The notes: a model not told the origin generated them from the sequence alone. Positions 19,779 to 30,545 are shown, numbered from the stretch's first letter. The stretch is 64,000 nucleotides of DNA from Thermodesulfovibrionia bacterium (GCA_041500225.1 JBGQLV010000003.1:215-64214), one strand, 5' to 3'. A program made the numbers and translations.

Positions 19779-20549
19779 TTAGCAGTTTTTACCTCTATTA
19801 TTTTTTTTCTCTTTGATGAATATTGATGATTTTATTATTCCGGACTTCTGTAAAGCATATTTAACCGAGACTGCAAGTACGCCTAATCCGTATTTCACAC
19901 TCCTTGCAAAATTTATTGAAGATGCATCTTCAAAATATCTGATAGGGCAGCTTATCTCTCCTATCTTGAACCCAAAATAAGCTGCCTGAGCAAGAATCTC
20001 ATTGTCAAAAACAAAATCATCGGAGTTTTCTTCAAGAGGTAATGTTTCCAGTACCTTACGATTGAAAGCACGGTAACCTGTATGGTATTCCGAAAGTTTG
20101 ATGCCAAGCAACAGATTTTCAACAAACGTAAGAAATCTGTTTGCAATATATTTGTATAAAGGCATCCCACCCTTCAGGGCATTACCTCCAAGTATCCTTG
20201 AGCCCAGTACGACATCATAATGACCAGATACAATCATAGAAGCCATGGCAGTTACAAGGAGCGGAGAATACTGATAGTCAGGATGAAGCATGACAATGAT
20301 ATCTGCACCGTGTCTCAGTGCTTCACGGTAACAGGTTTTCTGATTTGCGCCATATCCCGTGTTTTTTCTATGTACTATTGTTTTAATGCCTAATTCTTGG
20401 GCTATCTTTGCAGTTTGGTCACTCGATGCATCATCAACAAGAATAACATCATCTACATATTCATGAGGTAATTCAGCATAGGTCTGGCGAAGTGTCTTCT
20501 CAGCGTTATAGGCAGGCATTATGACAATCAGTCTTTTATTGTGAATCAT
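19779..20549 (-). CDS. Family 2 glycosyltransferase (polyprenyl-phosphate glycosyltransferase-like, soluble type)
   Basis: The motifs [16 protein letters not shown] and HPDYQY are present. Confidence 0.8.
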   Translation of the reverse strand: MIHNKRLIVIMPAYNAEKTLRQTYAELPHEYVDDVILVDDASSDQTAKIAQELGIKTIVHRKNTGYGANQKTCYREALRHGADIIVMLHPDYQYSPLLVTAMASMIVSGHYDVVLGSRILGGNALKGGMPLYKYIANRFLTFVENLLLGIKLSEYHTGYRAFNRKVLETLPLEENSDDFVFDNEILAQAAYFGFKIGEISCPIRYFEDASSINFARSVKYGLGVLAVSVKYALQKSGIIKSSIFIKEKKNNRGKNC

Positions 20550-20577
20550 TTAAATCCCTAATATTGAGATTTTGTAG

Positions 20578-21537
20578 TTATTCTTTAACCGCATACACCT
20601 CAATGGTGCCTCCTCTTTTCAATAAGAGAGATTCAAATGCTGTAAGCATGAAAGACAGCGGGGAATATAGAGGAAGTAGAACGAAAGTAAGAATTAAATC
20701 CCATTTTGTAACATTTGAAATCTCTTTTTTCCTTAGTTCAGGGCTTTTTAGAAGATTGTAAAATAAGTTTTCACTGATGCCAGAAAGATTTAACAGTGTC
20801 TGCAACCAACCAAAAGGGTTGTACTCCAGATCAAATCGTTTCACCTTTAAAATTTTAAAAGAATTCTTATTCAGCAAGGTCGATAATCCTTCTTCAGAGA
20901 AATGGTGAAGGTGATATGGTAAGTCAAGGTGGAACCATACCCTCTTTCCTATAAGTGCTTGAAAACTGAATATATTTGGAACTGCAACAACAAGAAGGCC
21001 TCCTTTCCGCAACAATCTTTTGCATTCATTAATTAATGCTGCAGGACTGTTAGAATGCTCCAATACGTGATTAAGGGTGATTACATTAAAACTTTCATCA
21101 AGAAGCTCACCTATCGATGTTGCAGCTATCACTTTAATACCATAAGCATCAGAAGCGTATGAAGTAGTTTCACTATTGAATTCTACACCGGTTACGCTCC
21201 AGCCATCCTTTCTCATAATATCAAGAAAGAGCCCACGTCCACATCCTATATCAAGGATGCTACCTTTATTAACATATTTTTGGATCCTTCTCTTTCGCCC
21301 TAATCTAAATTCGTAGATAAAGTATTCTATAAATGGATAAAATCGCTTGCCGTTACCTGATCTGTAATTTCCTGATGAATATAATCTTGATAAATCTTCT
21401 GGTGACGGTGTTGGGATTGTTAAGCCAACCATGCACTCTTTGCAAAAATAGACATTATATATTGTGCCGTACTTCTTAATATTCTTTATAAGCCTAATAC
21501 TTAAATGCTTATTACATAAATTACAAACGGCTTTCAT
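20578..21537 (-). CDS. Class I SAM-dependent methyltransferase with N-terminal Cys4 zinc-ribbon
   Basis: CNLCNKH...CKEC lies at the N-terminus. Motif I (ILDIGCGRG) and VITLNHVLEH follow. Confidence 0.8.
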   Translation of the reverse strand: MKAVCNLCNKHLSIRLIKNIKKYGTIYNVYFCKECMVGLTIPTPSPEDLSRLYSSGNYRSGNGKRFYPFIEYFIYEFRLGRKRRIQKYVNKGSILDIGCGRGLFLDIMRKDGWSVTGVEFNSETTSYASDAYGIKVIAATSIGELLDESFNVITLNHVLEHSNSPAALINECKRLLRKGGLLVVAVPNIFSFQALIGKRVWFHLDLPYHLHHFSEEGLSTLLNKNSFKILKVKRFDLEYNPFGWLQTLLNLSGISENLFYNLLKSPELRKKEISNVTKWDLILTFVLLPLYSPLSFMLTAFESLLLKRGGTIEVYAVKE

Positions 21538-21740
21538 AATTTTTATAAAGTACTGTATATATGTTCAAAATAGAGGTTGAACAAGAAACCTAAACAAGTA
21601 AAATATTCTGATAAAACCACTGCGTGAAGAAGGCTTCCCATAAATAAGTTTAGCAGTATTTTATGGACAGATTCTACAGGTATTTCTGATTCTTACTACA
21701 ACCCCACTGTTGTCAGAACTTTATATGTTAAAATATTTAA

Positions 21741-24515
21741 ATGTTCATGAAGGAACTCATAATCGAGGGCGCCCGACAAAATAACCTTAAAAACATTAAC
21801 CTCAGTCTTCCTCATAACAAGGTCATAGCAATAACAGGTGTATCCGGCTCGGGAAAATCCTCACTTGCCTTTGATACAGTCTTTGCAGAGGGCCAGTGGA
21901 GATTTATAGAATCTCTTTCAACATACGCAAGGCTTTTCCTCGAAAAACTCGATAGACCCGATGTTGACGCAATTCATAATATTAGGCCGGCAATAGCACT
22001 TGAACAAAGGAATCCCGTGCGTGGCTCACGTTCAACAGTAGGAACACTAACAGAGGTTTATGATCTTTTCAGGCTGCTGTACTCAAAGATCTCTACTCCT
22101 TTCTGCACGGTCTGCGGTAAAGAGATAAGAATATGGGATCCTTCACAGGTAGCTTCAGAACTTATTGAGGAACACTATGGTGAAAAGGCGATTATTGTTT
22201 TCGAGACTAAGGATCAAATTGATGAATTAAAAAAACGTGGGTTTTATAGGGTATGGCTTAATGATGAAGTCGTTGATATTTCATCCATCGTCTCTCGTCC
22301 GTCATCTTTCAATATTGTCCTCGACAGACTTGTGATAAAGGATGAGCCGAGATTATCTGATTCAATTGAGATGGCATGGAAGGAAGGAAATGGAAGGATA
22401 AAGATTATTATTGTGGGTGGCAAATATCTCGCTACTCTTACTTTTTCATCAGAAAATGCCTGTGATGAATGTAATATCGAACTACCGAAGCCATATCCTC
22501 TTCTTTTTTCCTTCAACCATCCTGTTGGTGCATGCCCAGATTGTAAAGGATTCGGCAATATTCTTAAGTATGATGAGGATCTGATTATCCCTGATAAAAG
22601 TCTCTCTTTGACAAAAGGTGCGATTGACCCATGGAACAAGCCGGCATATAGATGGTGGAAGCAACAGCTTATTAAAAGTGCCGGCAAAAAAGGTATTGAT
22701 ATTAATAAGCCATACGCCGAATTTAATGAAAAAGAGAAGGCCATGCTATTTAAAGGGGGTAGCAGTTTTTACGGAATTGATGACTTCTTTGAGGATATGG
22801 AAAACAGGAGGTACAAACTCCATATAAGGGTCTTTCTAAGCCGATACAGGAGACCTGTCACCTGTCCACAATGTATGGGGAAGAGATTGAGAAAGGAGTC
22901 TCTTGCATATAAGTTTTCAGGTCTTGATATAGCAGAACTCTGCAGGATGCCGGTATCAGATATGATTAAGTTTTTTGAAAATCCGGATATCTCACCATTT
23001 CAAAGGGATATAGCAAAAGAGCCTTTAAGGCAGATAAACCTTAAACTTAGTTTTCTTAAGCGAGTAGGGCTTGATTACCTTAGCCTGAGCCGTGATGGGA
23101 GAACACTCTCGGGTGGCGAGTATCAGAGGGTAAACCTGTCAAATCAGCTCGGGTCATTTCTTACAGGTACCCTCTATGTGCTCGATGAACCAACTGTTGG
23201 CCTTCATGCAAAGGATACAAAAATAATTGCAGACATTATGTCAGAGCTTTCAAGACTGGGTAATACCATCCTTGTTGTCGAGCATGACAGAGGAGTTATA
23301 GAGTCTGCTGACTGGATAGTTGAATTGGGACCTGGAGGTGGTCATCAAGGAGGAGAGGTTGTCTTCTCAGGGTCGAAAGAAGGGTTTCTTACAACCGATA
23401 CCCTAACAGCTCGTTATATAAAAGGGACTGATAGAATAGCTCTCCCTTTTAAGAGGAGAAATAGTACAGGCAGAAAACTTTTACTTTATGGTGCTACAGG
23501 CAATAACCTGAAGTCTGTTGATCTTAATATTCCCTTACAGACACTTATAACGGTTACGGGAGTTTCTGGTTCTGGTAAAAGCAGTCTTGTTGTGGGAACC
23601 CTTTACAGGGTATTGGCCGGTGAGTTTAAGATAGAACATGGGTTCCCTTTGCCATATAAAAAGATTGAAGGCATACAGAATCTAAAGGGTGTCAAGCTCA
23701 TTGACCAGACCCCAATAGGACGAAGTCCGCGTTCGAATCCAGTAACCTATTTAAAGATATTTGATGTGATAAGAAAACTTTTCTCAGAGCAGGCAGAAGC
23801 AAAGGCCTATGGATATGAACCAGGATTCTTCTCTTTTAATGTATCAGGCGGCAGGTGCGAGACTTGTAAAGGTGTGGGATATCAGAGACTGGAAATGTAC
23901 TTTTTTGAAGACCTTTATATAAAATGTGAGGAATGTAATGGAAAGAGATACAAGCCAGAAGCCTTACGGGTTACATGTCGGGGTAAAAATATAGATGAGT
24001 TCCTGAACATGACAGTGGATGAAGCTATCGAATTATTTCCGGATATTCCTAAAATTAAAAATAAGCTATTATTAATGAAAGATATCGGGCTTGGCTATCT
24101 CAGGCTTGGGCAGTCTGCGACAACACTTTCGGGCGGAGAGGCACAGAGGCTTAAGATATGTGCGGAGATGGAAAGTATAAGAGGGATTACATCCTCATTA
24201 CAGCAACCCATTAATACAAAAGGTTGTATCTATATCCTCGATGAGCCTACGATTGGATTGCATTTCAGGGATGTTAAGGCACTGCTTGATATACTTCAGA
24301 GATTGGTTGTTGCAGGGAATACAGTACTCGTCATCGAACATAACCTCGATGTGATAAAGGCATCAGACTGGATTGTGGATTTGGGCCCTGAAGGTGGAGA
24401 TAAAGGTGGGAAGATTATCTTTGAGGGTACGCCGGAAGAGATAGTCAATGTCAAAGAATCATATACCGGGAGGTATCTTAAAGAGACATTTGCATTATCG
24501 CAGGTTCATTATTAG
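21741..24515 (+). CDS. uvrA: Excinuclease ABC subunit A family protein (divergent UvrA)
   Basis: Two ABC ATPase modules are present (GVSGSGKSSL twice, LSGGE signatures, ILDEPT/VLDEPT Walker B), together with zinc modules (CPDCKGFG, CPQCMGKR, CETCKGVG...CEECNG). Several core motifs differ from canonical UvrA (GQWRFIESLSTYARLFL), so whether it is an orthologue or a paralogue is uncertain. Confidence 0.8.
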   Translation: MFMKELIIEGARQNNLKNINLSLPHNKVIAITGVSGSGKSSLAFDTVFAEGQWRFIESLSTYARLFLEKLDRPDVDAIHNIRPAIALEQRNPVRGSRSTVGTLTEVYDLFRLLYSKISTPFCTVCGKEIRIWDPSQVASELIEEHYGEKAIIVFETKDQIDELKKRGFYRVWLNDEVVDISSIVSRPSSFNIVLDRLVIKDEPRLSDSIEMAWKEGNGRIKIIIVGGKYLATLTFSSENACDECNIELPKPYPLLFSFNHPVGACPDCKGFGNILKYDEDLIIPDKSLSLTKGAIDPWNKPAYRWWKQQLIKSAGKKGIDINKPYAEFNEKEKAMLFKGGSSFYGIDDFFEDMENRRYKLHIRVFLSRYRRPVTCPQCMGKRLRKESLAYKFSGLDIAELCRMPVSDMIKFFENPDISPFQRDIAKEPLRQINLKLSFLKRVGLDYLSLSRDGRTLSGGEYQRVNLSNQLGSFLTGTLYVLDEPTVGLHAKDTKIIADIMSELSRLGNTILVVEHDRGVIESADWIVELGPGGGHQGGEVVFSGSKEGFLTTDTLTARYIKGTDRIALPFKRRNSTGRKLLLYGATGNNLKSVDLNIPLQTLITVTGVSGSGKSSLVVGTLYRVLAGEFKIEHGFPLPYKKIEGIQNLKGVKLIDQTPIGRSPRSNPVTYLKIFDVIRKLFSEQAEAKAYGYEPGFFSFNVSGGRCETCKGVGYQRLEMYFFEDLYIKCEECNGKRYKPEALRVTCRGKNIDEFLNMTVDEAIELFPDIPKIKNKLLLMKDIGLGYLRLGQSATTLSGGEAQRLKICAEMESIRGITSSLQQPINTKGCIYILDEPTIGLHFRDVKALLDILQRLVVAGNTVLVIEHNLDVIKASDWIVDLGPEGGDKGGKIIFEGTPEEIVNVKESYTGRYLKETFALSQVHY

Positions 24516-24521
24516 GGTGAT

Positions 24522-25496
24522 ATGCTTTCTTATATAACAAAAAGACTTCTTCTTATGATTCCCTTGCTCTTTGGAATTACCCTTATTACCTTCGCTGTAG
24601 TTCATCTTGCACCGGGCAACCCGGTTGAGGTTCAGACAGAGATGTCACTAAAGGTATCTGCCCAGGCGAAGGAGAATCTTAAAAAGCTCTATGGTCTTGA
24701 TAAACCATTATATGTCCAATATATTGACTGGCTAAAAAGATTTGTGACACTTGATTTTGGAAAGTCCTTTGTGGATAGTAGAAAGGTCTTTGATAAGATT
24801 ATTGAGAGGATCCCTGTAACTTTAACTATTAATATTCTTTCATTGATACTCATATTTATTATTGCAATCCCAATTGGTATTCTTTCTGCAACAAAACAGT
24901 ACTCTATGTTTGATAAACTCTCTACAGTTTTTGTGTTTATTGGTTTCTCTACTCCTGCCTTTTGGCTTGCACTTCTGCTCATGATACTGTTCGGCGTTAA
25001 TATGGGTCTCCTTCCGATATCAGGTATCCAGAGCATAGATATATCAGAGATGGGGCCTTTTGATAGATTATTGGACTGGATCAAACACCTTGTCCTGCCT
25101 GTTGGTGTTTCTGCATTCGGTGGGATTGCAGGATTAAGCCGTTACAGCCGTTCAAGCATGCTCGAGGTGATAAGGCAGGATTATATCAGAACAGCAACGG
25201 CAAAAGGCCTAACTGAATCAGAGGTTATCTTTAAACATGCCTTCAGGAATGCCCTTATGCCAATTGTCACAATCCTCGGGCTTTCTGTACCCGGCCTTAT
25301 AGGTGGAGGAGTTATATTTGAGACGATCTTTGCTATCCCGGGTATGGGACAGCTTTTTTATTCATCTACTATGTCGAGAGACTATCCGACAATAATGGGA
25401 ATTCTTGTAATAGGAGCGGTCCTTACATTATTTGGGAATCTGATTGCAGATATATCATATGCACTGGCTGATCCGAGGGTGAGAGTCAGAAAATGA
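24522..25496 (+). CDS. Peptide/nickel ABC transporter permease (OppB/DppB type)
   Basis: An N-terminal YITKRLL motif and the EAA-loop region ([24 protein letters not shown]) are present. Confidence 0.85.
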   Translation: MLSYITKRLLLMIPLLFGITLITFAVVHLAPGNPVEVQTEMSLKVSAQAKENLKKLYGLDKPLYVQYIDWLKRFVTLDFGKSFVDSRKVFDKIIERIPVTLTINILSLILIFIIAIPIGILSATKQYSMFDKLSTVFVFIGFSTPAFWLALLLMILFGVNMGLLPISGIQSIDISEMGPFDRLLDWIKHLVLPVGVSAFGGIAGLSRYSRSSMLEVIRQDYIRTATAKGLTESEVIFKHAFRNALMPIVTILGLSVPGLIGGGVIFETIFAIPGMGQLFYSSTMSRDYPTIMGILVIGAVLTLFGNLIADISYALADPRVRVRK

Positions 25497-26344
25497 GACT
25501 TTTAAAGATTATAGGGAAGAGATTCTCAAGAAATAGGCTGTCTGTTATAGGTGCAGTGACAGTACTTTTACTTATAACTATTTCTCTACTTGCGCCTTTC
25601 ATCGCACCGTATGATCCTACAGCAATAGATGTCCGCCATACACTTTCACCTCCGAGCAAAACGCATTTACTCGGGACAGATGAACTCGGAAGGGATCTGC
25701 TTTCAAGAATAATATGGGGAAGCAGGGTTTCACTGAAGGTTGGTTTTGTTGCAGTAGGTATTGCAATAGTGATAGGCATTGTTATTGGTGCAATAGCCGG
25801 CTTTTATGGAGGAAAGGTAGATGCAATACTGATGAGGTTTGTTGATATAATGCTTGCATTCCCAACCTTTTTTCTTATCCTTGCAGTCATCGCAATCCTT
25901 GAGCCGAACATATTTACAATAATGGCTGTAATAGGCATTACAAGCTGGATGGATGTTGCAAGGCTTGTGAGAGCAGAATTCCTTTCATTAAAGGAAAGGG
26001 ATTTTGTTGGCGCTGCCAGAGCTGTTGGTGTGAGTGATACAAGGCTCATATTCAGACATATCCTCCCGAATGCCCTTTCACCTGTGTTTGTTGCAGCAAC
26101 TTTTGGTGTTGCCGGCGCGATACTTATAGAATCAGGCCTGTCATTCCTCGGACTCGGTGTGCAGCCGCCAGATCCGAGCTGGGGGAATATCTTAACAGCA
26201 GGCAAGGATAATATAGAAATTGCCTGGTGGCTCTCCCTTTATCCGGGCCTCGCAATATTGATAACGGTATTAAGCTATAATCTTGTTGGCGAAGGTCTTA
26301 GAGACGCACTTGACCCGAGACTGTGGGAAACAGAGAGGCGTTAA
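25493..26344 (+). CDS. Peptide/nickel ABC transporter permease (OppC/DppC type)
   Basis: [19 protein letters not shown] and [25 protein letters not shown] are present. Its start overlaps the upstream permease gene. Confidence 0.85.
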   Translation: MRLLKIIGKRFSRNRLSVIGAVTVLLLITISLLAPFIAPYDPTAIDVRHTLSPPSKTHLLGTDELGRDLLSRIIWGSRVSLKVGFVAVGIAIVIGIVIGAIAGFYGGKVDAILMRFVDIMLAFPTFFLILAVIAILEPNIFTIMAVIGITSWMDVARLVRAEFLSLKERDFVGAARAVGVSDTRLIFRHILPNALSPVFVAATFGVAGAILIESGLSFLGLGVQPPDPSWGNILTAGKDNIEIAWWLSLYPGLAILITVLSYNLVGEGLRDALDPRLWETERR

Positions 26345-26928
26345 CGTCTGTAAAGCTCCATCACTTCCTCTCTTGTAATAATCGAATCGAGCTTATAACC
26401 TAATGTTTCTACAGCTTCCCGACCACCCTCCTGCCTGTCAATTAGGGCGATAACCTTTACTATTTCAAGTCCTTCTTCTTTTGCCCTGTTGATCGCCTCA
26501 ATAGTTGATTTGCCGGTTGTGATAACGTCATCAACAATTGCTACCCTATCACCTTTTTTTACATTTCCTTCTATCCACTGCATTAAGCCATGTGGTTTCG
26601 GCGTTTTTCTGACAACAAATGACTCTATAGGTCGGTACGACTCGATCCCGAGTTTTCCTTTAAGATATGATGTATATGCTACTGCGTGTGCTATCGGGTC
26701 AGCACCGAGTGTAAGCCCACCAATCCCCTTTATATCCATGTCTTTTATTAAATCAAAAATAAGATTCCCTACGAGGTACATACCTTCGGGATTAAGGGTC
26801 ACGGCTTTGCAGTTGAAATAGTAGTTGCTCATCCTGCCTGAGACAAGTTTAAAAACAGGCTCTTCACTATATTTAAAGGCTTTTTCAATAATAAGTTCTA
26901 TTAATCGGTCTTTTAGAATAGATGACAT
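26341..26928 (-). CDS. pyrE: Orotate phosphoribosyltransferase
   Basis: A PRPP-binding motif (VAIVDDVITTGKS) is present, and the length and N-terminal pattern fit PyrE. Confidence 0.85.
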   Translation of the reverse strand: MSSILKDRLIELIIEKAFKYSEEPVFKLVSGRMSNYYFNCKAVTLNPEGMYLVGNLIFDLIKDMDIKGIGGLTLGADPIAHAVAYTSYLKGKLGIESYRPIESFVVRKTPKPHGLMQWIEGNVKKGDRVAIVDDVITTGKSTIEAINRAKEEGLEIVKVIALIDRQEGGREAVETLGYKLDSIITREEVMELYRR

Positions 26929-27863
26929 GATACAAGCCTCCTTTGAATATCTTTTAATAAAGGAACTTCCTTATCGCAGGGTTCAAATCTTTTCGGGCAT
27001 CTCGGGTGGAAGGGGCATCCTGGAGGAATATCTATCGGGCTTGGCACATCTCCCTTAAGAATTTCTCTTTTCTTACCATCAGATTTTATCTTAGGCGCAG
27101 AAGACAGCAACTCAATCGTATAGGGGTGAAGTGGATTACTGAAAAGTTCATCTGCTTTTGAATACTCTATTATCTTCCCAAGATACATTACAGCTACTTC
27201 ATCGCTGAAATACTGAACTACTCTTAGTTCATGACTTATGAAAAGGAAAGAGATGCTTGATTGTCTTTTAAGTTCCTGAAGGATGTTCAGTATCTGTGCC
27301 TGTATGGATACATCCAGCGCAGAGAGAGGTTCATCAGCTACTATCACCTCTGGTGAGACTGCAAGCGCCCTTGCTATGCATATCCTCTGCTTCTGGCCTC
27401 CGCTGAATTCGTGAGGATAGCGGTTTAAAACATCAGTCTGAAGCCCTACACTTCTTAACAGGCTAACTACCTTATCCTTAAGCTCAGACCTCTTAACAAC
27501 CTTATGTATTTTAAGGGGTTCTGAGATGGTATCAAGTACAGTCATCCTCGGATTTAATGATGAAAATGGATCCTGGAATATTATCTGTACTGATTTCCTG
27601 AATTCTCGCAGTGAATCTCCTTTGAGTTCACCAATATTTTTACCCCTGAAAACAATCTTCCCCGATGTAGGTTGAATTAATTTGAGAACAAGCCTTGCCA
27701 CAGTAGACTTTCCTGATCCACTTTCTCCGACCAGAGCAAAGACCGCTCCATCCTTTATAGAAAAATTTATATCGTCCACAGCCTTTAACCATTCATGTTT
27801 TGCAAATGCCTTTCTTTTAACTGGAAAGTATTTCTTAAGGTCAGCTACATCAATGATTCCCAT
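26913..27863 (-). CDS. Peptide ABC transporter ATP-binding protein (OppF/DppF type)
   Basis: Walker A (GESGSGKST), the signature LSGGQKQR and Walker B (IVADEP) are present, with the C-terminal oligopeptide-type extension (HPYT...PPGCPFHPRC). Confidence 0.9.
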   Translation of the reverse strand: MGIIDVADLKKYFPVKRKAFAKHEWLKAVDDINFSIKDGAVFALVGESGSGKSTVARLVLKLIQPTSGKIVFRGKNIGELKGDSLREFRKSVQIIFQDPFSSLNPRMTVLDTISEPLKIHKVVKRSELKDKVVSLLRSVGLQTDVLNRYPHEFSGGQKQRICIARALAVSPEVIVADEPLSALDVSIQAQILNILQELKRQSSISFLFISHELRVVQYFSDEVAVMYLGKIIEYSKADELFSNPLHPYTIELLSSAPKIKSDGKKREILKGDVPSPIDIPPGCPFHPRCPKRFEPCDKEVPLLKDIQRRLVSCHLF

Positions 27864-28819
27864 TTAATCTCCTCAGATCTTATACACCTTGCGAATTGAC
27901 CCGGTATAATCTCTCTTAAGGCAGGCTCCTCTTTCTGACAGTCGGGGATCATATACTGGCACCTGTCTGAAAACTTACATCCCGGCGGAAGTTCATCAGG
28001 TCTGGGCACAGAGCCAGGGATAGGCTTTAAAGGAATTTCCTTTGTTTTTGGCAGAGATTCTAAAAGTCCCATGGTATATGGGTGCTTTGGTGTTTCAAGT
28101 ATATTTAAAACCTGAGAGACCTCAACAAGCCTTCCTGCATACATAATGGCAGCCGTTTCTGCATTTTCAGCTATAACGCCAAGGTCGTGGGTTATCAGTA
28201 ACATAGCCATATTTCTTTGTTGCCTTAGACCCCTGAGAAGGTCAAGTATTTGTGCCTGAATTGTGACATCGAGGGCAGTTGTAGGTTCATCTGCAATCAG
28301 CAAGGACGGATTACAGGCTATTGCCATTGCAATCATAACCCTCTGCCTCATCCCTCCTGACATCTGGTGGGGGTATTCCTTAATCCTGATTTCAGGAGAT
28401 GGGATTTTAACCGCCTTCAGGAGTTCTACAGTATTTGCCATTGCCTCTTTCTTTGAGAGACCCGTGTGAGTGGTAAGAACCTCTGCTATCTGATAACCAA
28501 TTGTAAGCACCGGGTTCAGTGATGTCATAGGCTCCTGGAATACCATTGAAAGTTCTTTTCCCCTGAGCCTTCTCATAGATTCACTATCGAGCTTTAAGAG
28601 GTTATTTCCTTTAAAGTTGATCTCACCTTCTGCAAATGCATTATGAGGAAGGATTCCCATAATGGACAGGGCGGTTAGGCTCTTGCCGCATCCGCTCTCT
28701 CCAACAAGGCCAAAGACCTTGGCTTCCTTAATCTCAAAGTTAAGACTTGAGACAACCTTTGTAGGATTGTTGGTTGACCTGAAAGAGATGTTAAGGTCCC
28801 TTACTTTAAGGAGGGACAC
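27845..28819 (-). CDS. Peptide ABC transporter ATP-binding protein (OppD/DppD type)
   Basis: GESGCGKS, MSGGMRQR and LIADEPTTALD are present, with the C-terminal HPYT...PPGCKFSDRC. Confidence 0.9.
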   Translation of the reverse strand: MSLLKVRDLNISFRSTNNPTKVVSSLNFEIKEAKVFGLVGESGCGKSLTALSIMGILPHNAFAEGEINFKGNNLLKLDSESMRRLRGKELSMVFQEPMTSLNPVLTIGYQIAEVLTTHTGLSKKEAMANTVELLKAVKIPSPEIRIKEYPHQMSGGMRQRVMIAMAIACNPSLLIADEPTTALDVTIQAQILDLLRGLRQQRNMAMLLITHDLGVIAENAETAAIMYAGRLVEVSQVLNILETPKHPYTMGLLESLPKTKEIPLKPIPGSVPRPDELPPGCKFSDRCQYMIPDCQKEEPALREIIPGQFARCIRSEEIKWESLM

Positions 28820-28825
28820 AGCAGA

Positions 28826-29572
28826 CTACTTTTCCTCCTTTTTCAGAAGCCTCAGATATGCTTCTGCTTCCTTTAAGCCGGGATTGTGTTCGAGTGCCTT
28901 TTCCCATTCCTCAAAGGCAAGACCAATAAGCCCTTTCACGTAATAGCTTAAACCAAGTTGAACCCACGCTGCTCCATAATTGGGATTGATCTCTTTTGCC
29001 TTTGCAAAATAGACGATGGCATCTTCTATAAGCCCTTTGTTCCTCAGGGCAATGCCGAGCTTGGTATGTACGTCAGGAAGCCGGGGGTATAGCTTAATTG
29101 CCTTTTTATATTCTTGTATTGCCTCATCGTTCATACCTAAATCAAGATAAATGTTACCGAGCTTATAATGCTCATTGGCAAGTTTACCTGCAACGAACGG
29201 GTCAATGGCAGTCGGGGTAGGGTGTGCTATCTGTGCAGCGAGCGAAAAAACTTCCTGGGCCTTTTTAAATTCACCCATATCATTGTATGTAATAGCAAGG
29301 TTCAGTGATGCTTCTGTATAGTTAGGGTTTAATTCAAGTGCTGTTTTAAAATATTCAGATGCCTGGTTAAAGTTGCCTTTGAGATGCGAGATTATACCGA
29401 GTTTGTTATGGACATCAGCGTATTTGGGATTAATGTTTATTACATCTTTTAAAATAGGCTCTGCCTCCGAGTATTTGCCCTCCTCGAAAAGCTGTGAGCC
29501 AAGCTCATGTAACTCATGTGTGTGCTGATCCACGATGTAAGAAGTATAGGTAGTCAGAGAATTGTTTGTCAA
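28826..29572 (-). CDS. Tetratricopeptide-repeat protein
   Basis: Consecutive TPR units are present (ADVHNKLGII, ASLNLAITY, YKLGNIYLDLG, TKLGIALRN, WVQLGLSYY). Confidence 0.8.
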   Translation of the reverse strand: MTNNSLTTYTSYIVDQHTHELHELGSQLFEEGKYSEAEPILKDVININPKYADVHNKLGIISHLKGNFNQASEYFKTALELNPNYTEASLNLAITYNDMGEFKKAQEVFSLAAQIAHPTPTAIDPFVAGKLANEHYKLGNIYLDLGMNDEAIQEYKKAIKLYPRLPDVHTKLGIALRNKGLIEDAIVYFAKAKEINPNYGAAWVQLGLSYYVKGLIGLAFEEWEKALEHNPGLKEAEAYLRLLKKEEK

Positions 29573-29579
29573 GGTATCC

Positions 29580-29999
29580 TTAATCAGATAGGACTGTCTT
29601 CAAAATGAAGTTATAATCTGCATATTTATCTGTCTTTTTAATCAGCAACCATTCCTTATCCTTGCCGGACATCCTTGCCAGGGCAAATGAGCCCTTGAGT
29701 TTTTTACCATGAAATATAATATCAAGTTTTCCTTTTTGAAGACTCCCCCCTTGAAACTCGAAAGTTCCTTTATCCCATATTGCAACAGCACCAGCCCCGT
29801 ACATCCCCTCGGGTATCGTTCCCTCAAAAGTTGCATAATCAACAGGATGATCTTCAACCATAATCGCCAGACGTTTTTCTTTTGGGTTCATGGATGGACC
29901 TTTTGGTACAGCCCACGATTTTAGCACATCGTCCATCTCAAGTCTGAGATCAAAATGTAACCTCTTTGCATGGTGCTCATGAACAACAAATATCGGCAT
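29580..29999 (-). CDS. Stand-alone LigD-type 3'-phosphoesterase (PE) domain protein
   Basis: FVVHEHHAKRLHFDLRLE, SWAVPKGPS and EDHPVDY are motifs characteristic of the LigD phosphoesterase domain. Confidence 0.75.
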   Translation of the reverse strand: MPIFVVHEHHAKRLHFDLRLEMDDVLKSWAVPKGPSMNPKEKRLAIMVEDHPVDYATFEGTIPEGMYGAGAVAIWDKGTFEFQGGSLQKGKLDIIFHGKKLKGSFALARMSGKDKEWLLIKKTDKYADYNFILKTVLSD

Positions 30000-30121
30000 T
30001 TAATCGCTCCTAAAAAATTATATAACAATATCACAATCAAAAGCATAGGGATTTAAAATTAACACGGAATAACCAGGTTTAAAAGAAATCTGTTATACTT
30101 TTTTAATATCAGGAGGGAACC

Positions 30122-30523
30122 ATGGTACAGATTACTTTGGCGTTATTGGCTGATAGTGCAAATGTTTCGCGAGAAGGCAAATTAAATATATTGGGAATTT
30201 TTGACCGCATTAGTGCACAGAGTCTGCCAGCTGCACATCCCCAAATGCAGATGGTAATTACACTTGAGGCTGATAGAGGAGATGCTGACAAGGAACATAA
30301 GCTTGCAATTGAGTTAATAGATGCTGACGGAGCAAAGCTATTATCTATGGCAGGCGACTTAAAATTTGGGTCACCACCACCTGGTGAGCAGATCAGGATG
30401 AATCATATCATCCAATTGAATAATCTGCGATTTGACCATTTTGGCAGCTATGAATTTAAGATCCTTATAAATAATGAAGTGCGTAAAAGCGTTTCTTTAT
30501 CTGTAACCGAGGTTAAAAAATGA
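30122..30523 (+). CDS. Conserved hypothetical protein
   Basis: A 133-aa ORF with a strong SD (AGGAGGGAAC before the ATG). I did not recognise a domain with certainty. Confidence 0.5.
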   Translation: MVQITLALLADSANVSREGKLNILGIFDRISAQSLPAAHPQMQMVITLEADRGDADKEHKLAIELIDADGAKLLSMAGDLKFGSPPPGEQIRMNHIIQLNNLRFDHFGSYEFKILINNEVRKSVSLSVTEVKK

Positions 30524-30545
30524 TGTTGAAATCTCTGTTGATGGT

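Noticed and set aside
22244-22744. Long antisense ORFs inside confidently assigned genes (22244-22744 in uvrA, 25804-26205 and 24689-25084 in the permease genes, 56211-56801 in the GT2 gene, 2998-3414 in cysS, and others)
   Set aside because: These are shadow ORFs opposite strongly supported coding regions. They have no SD, no recognisable domains and low-complexity translations.
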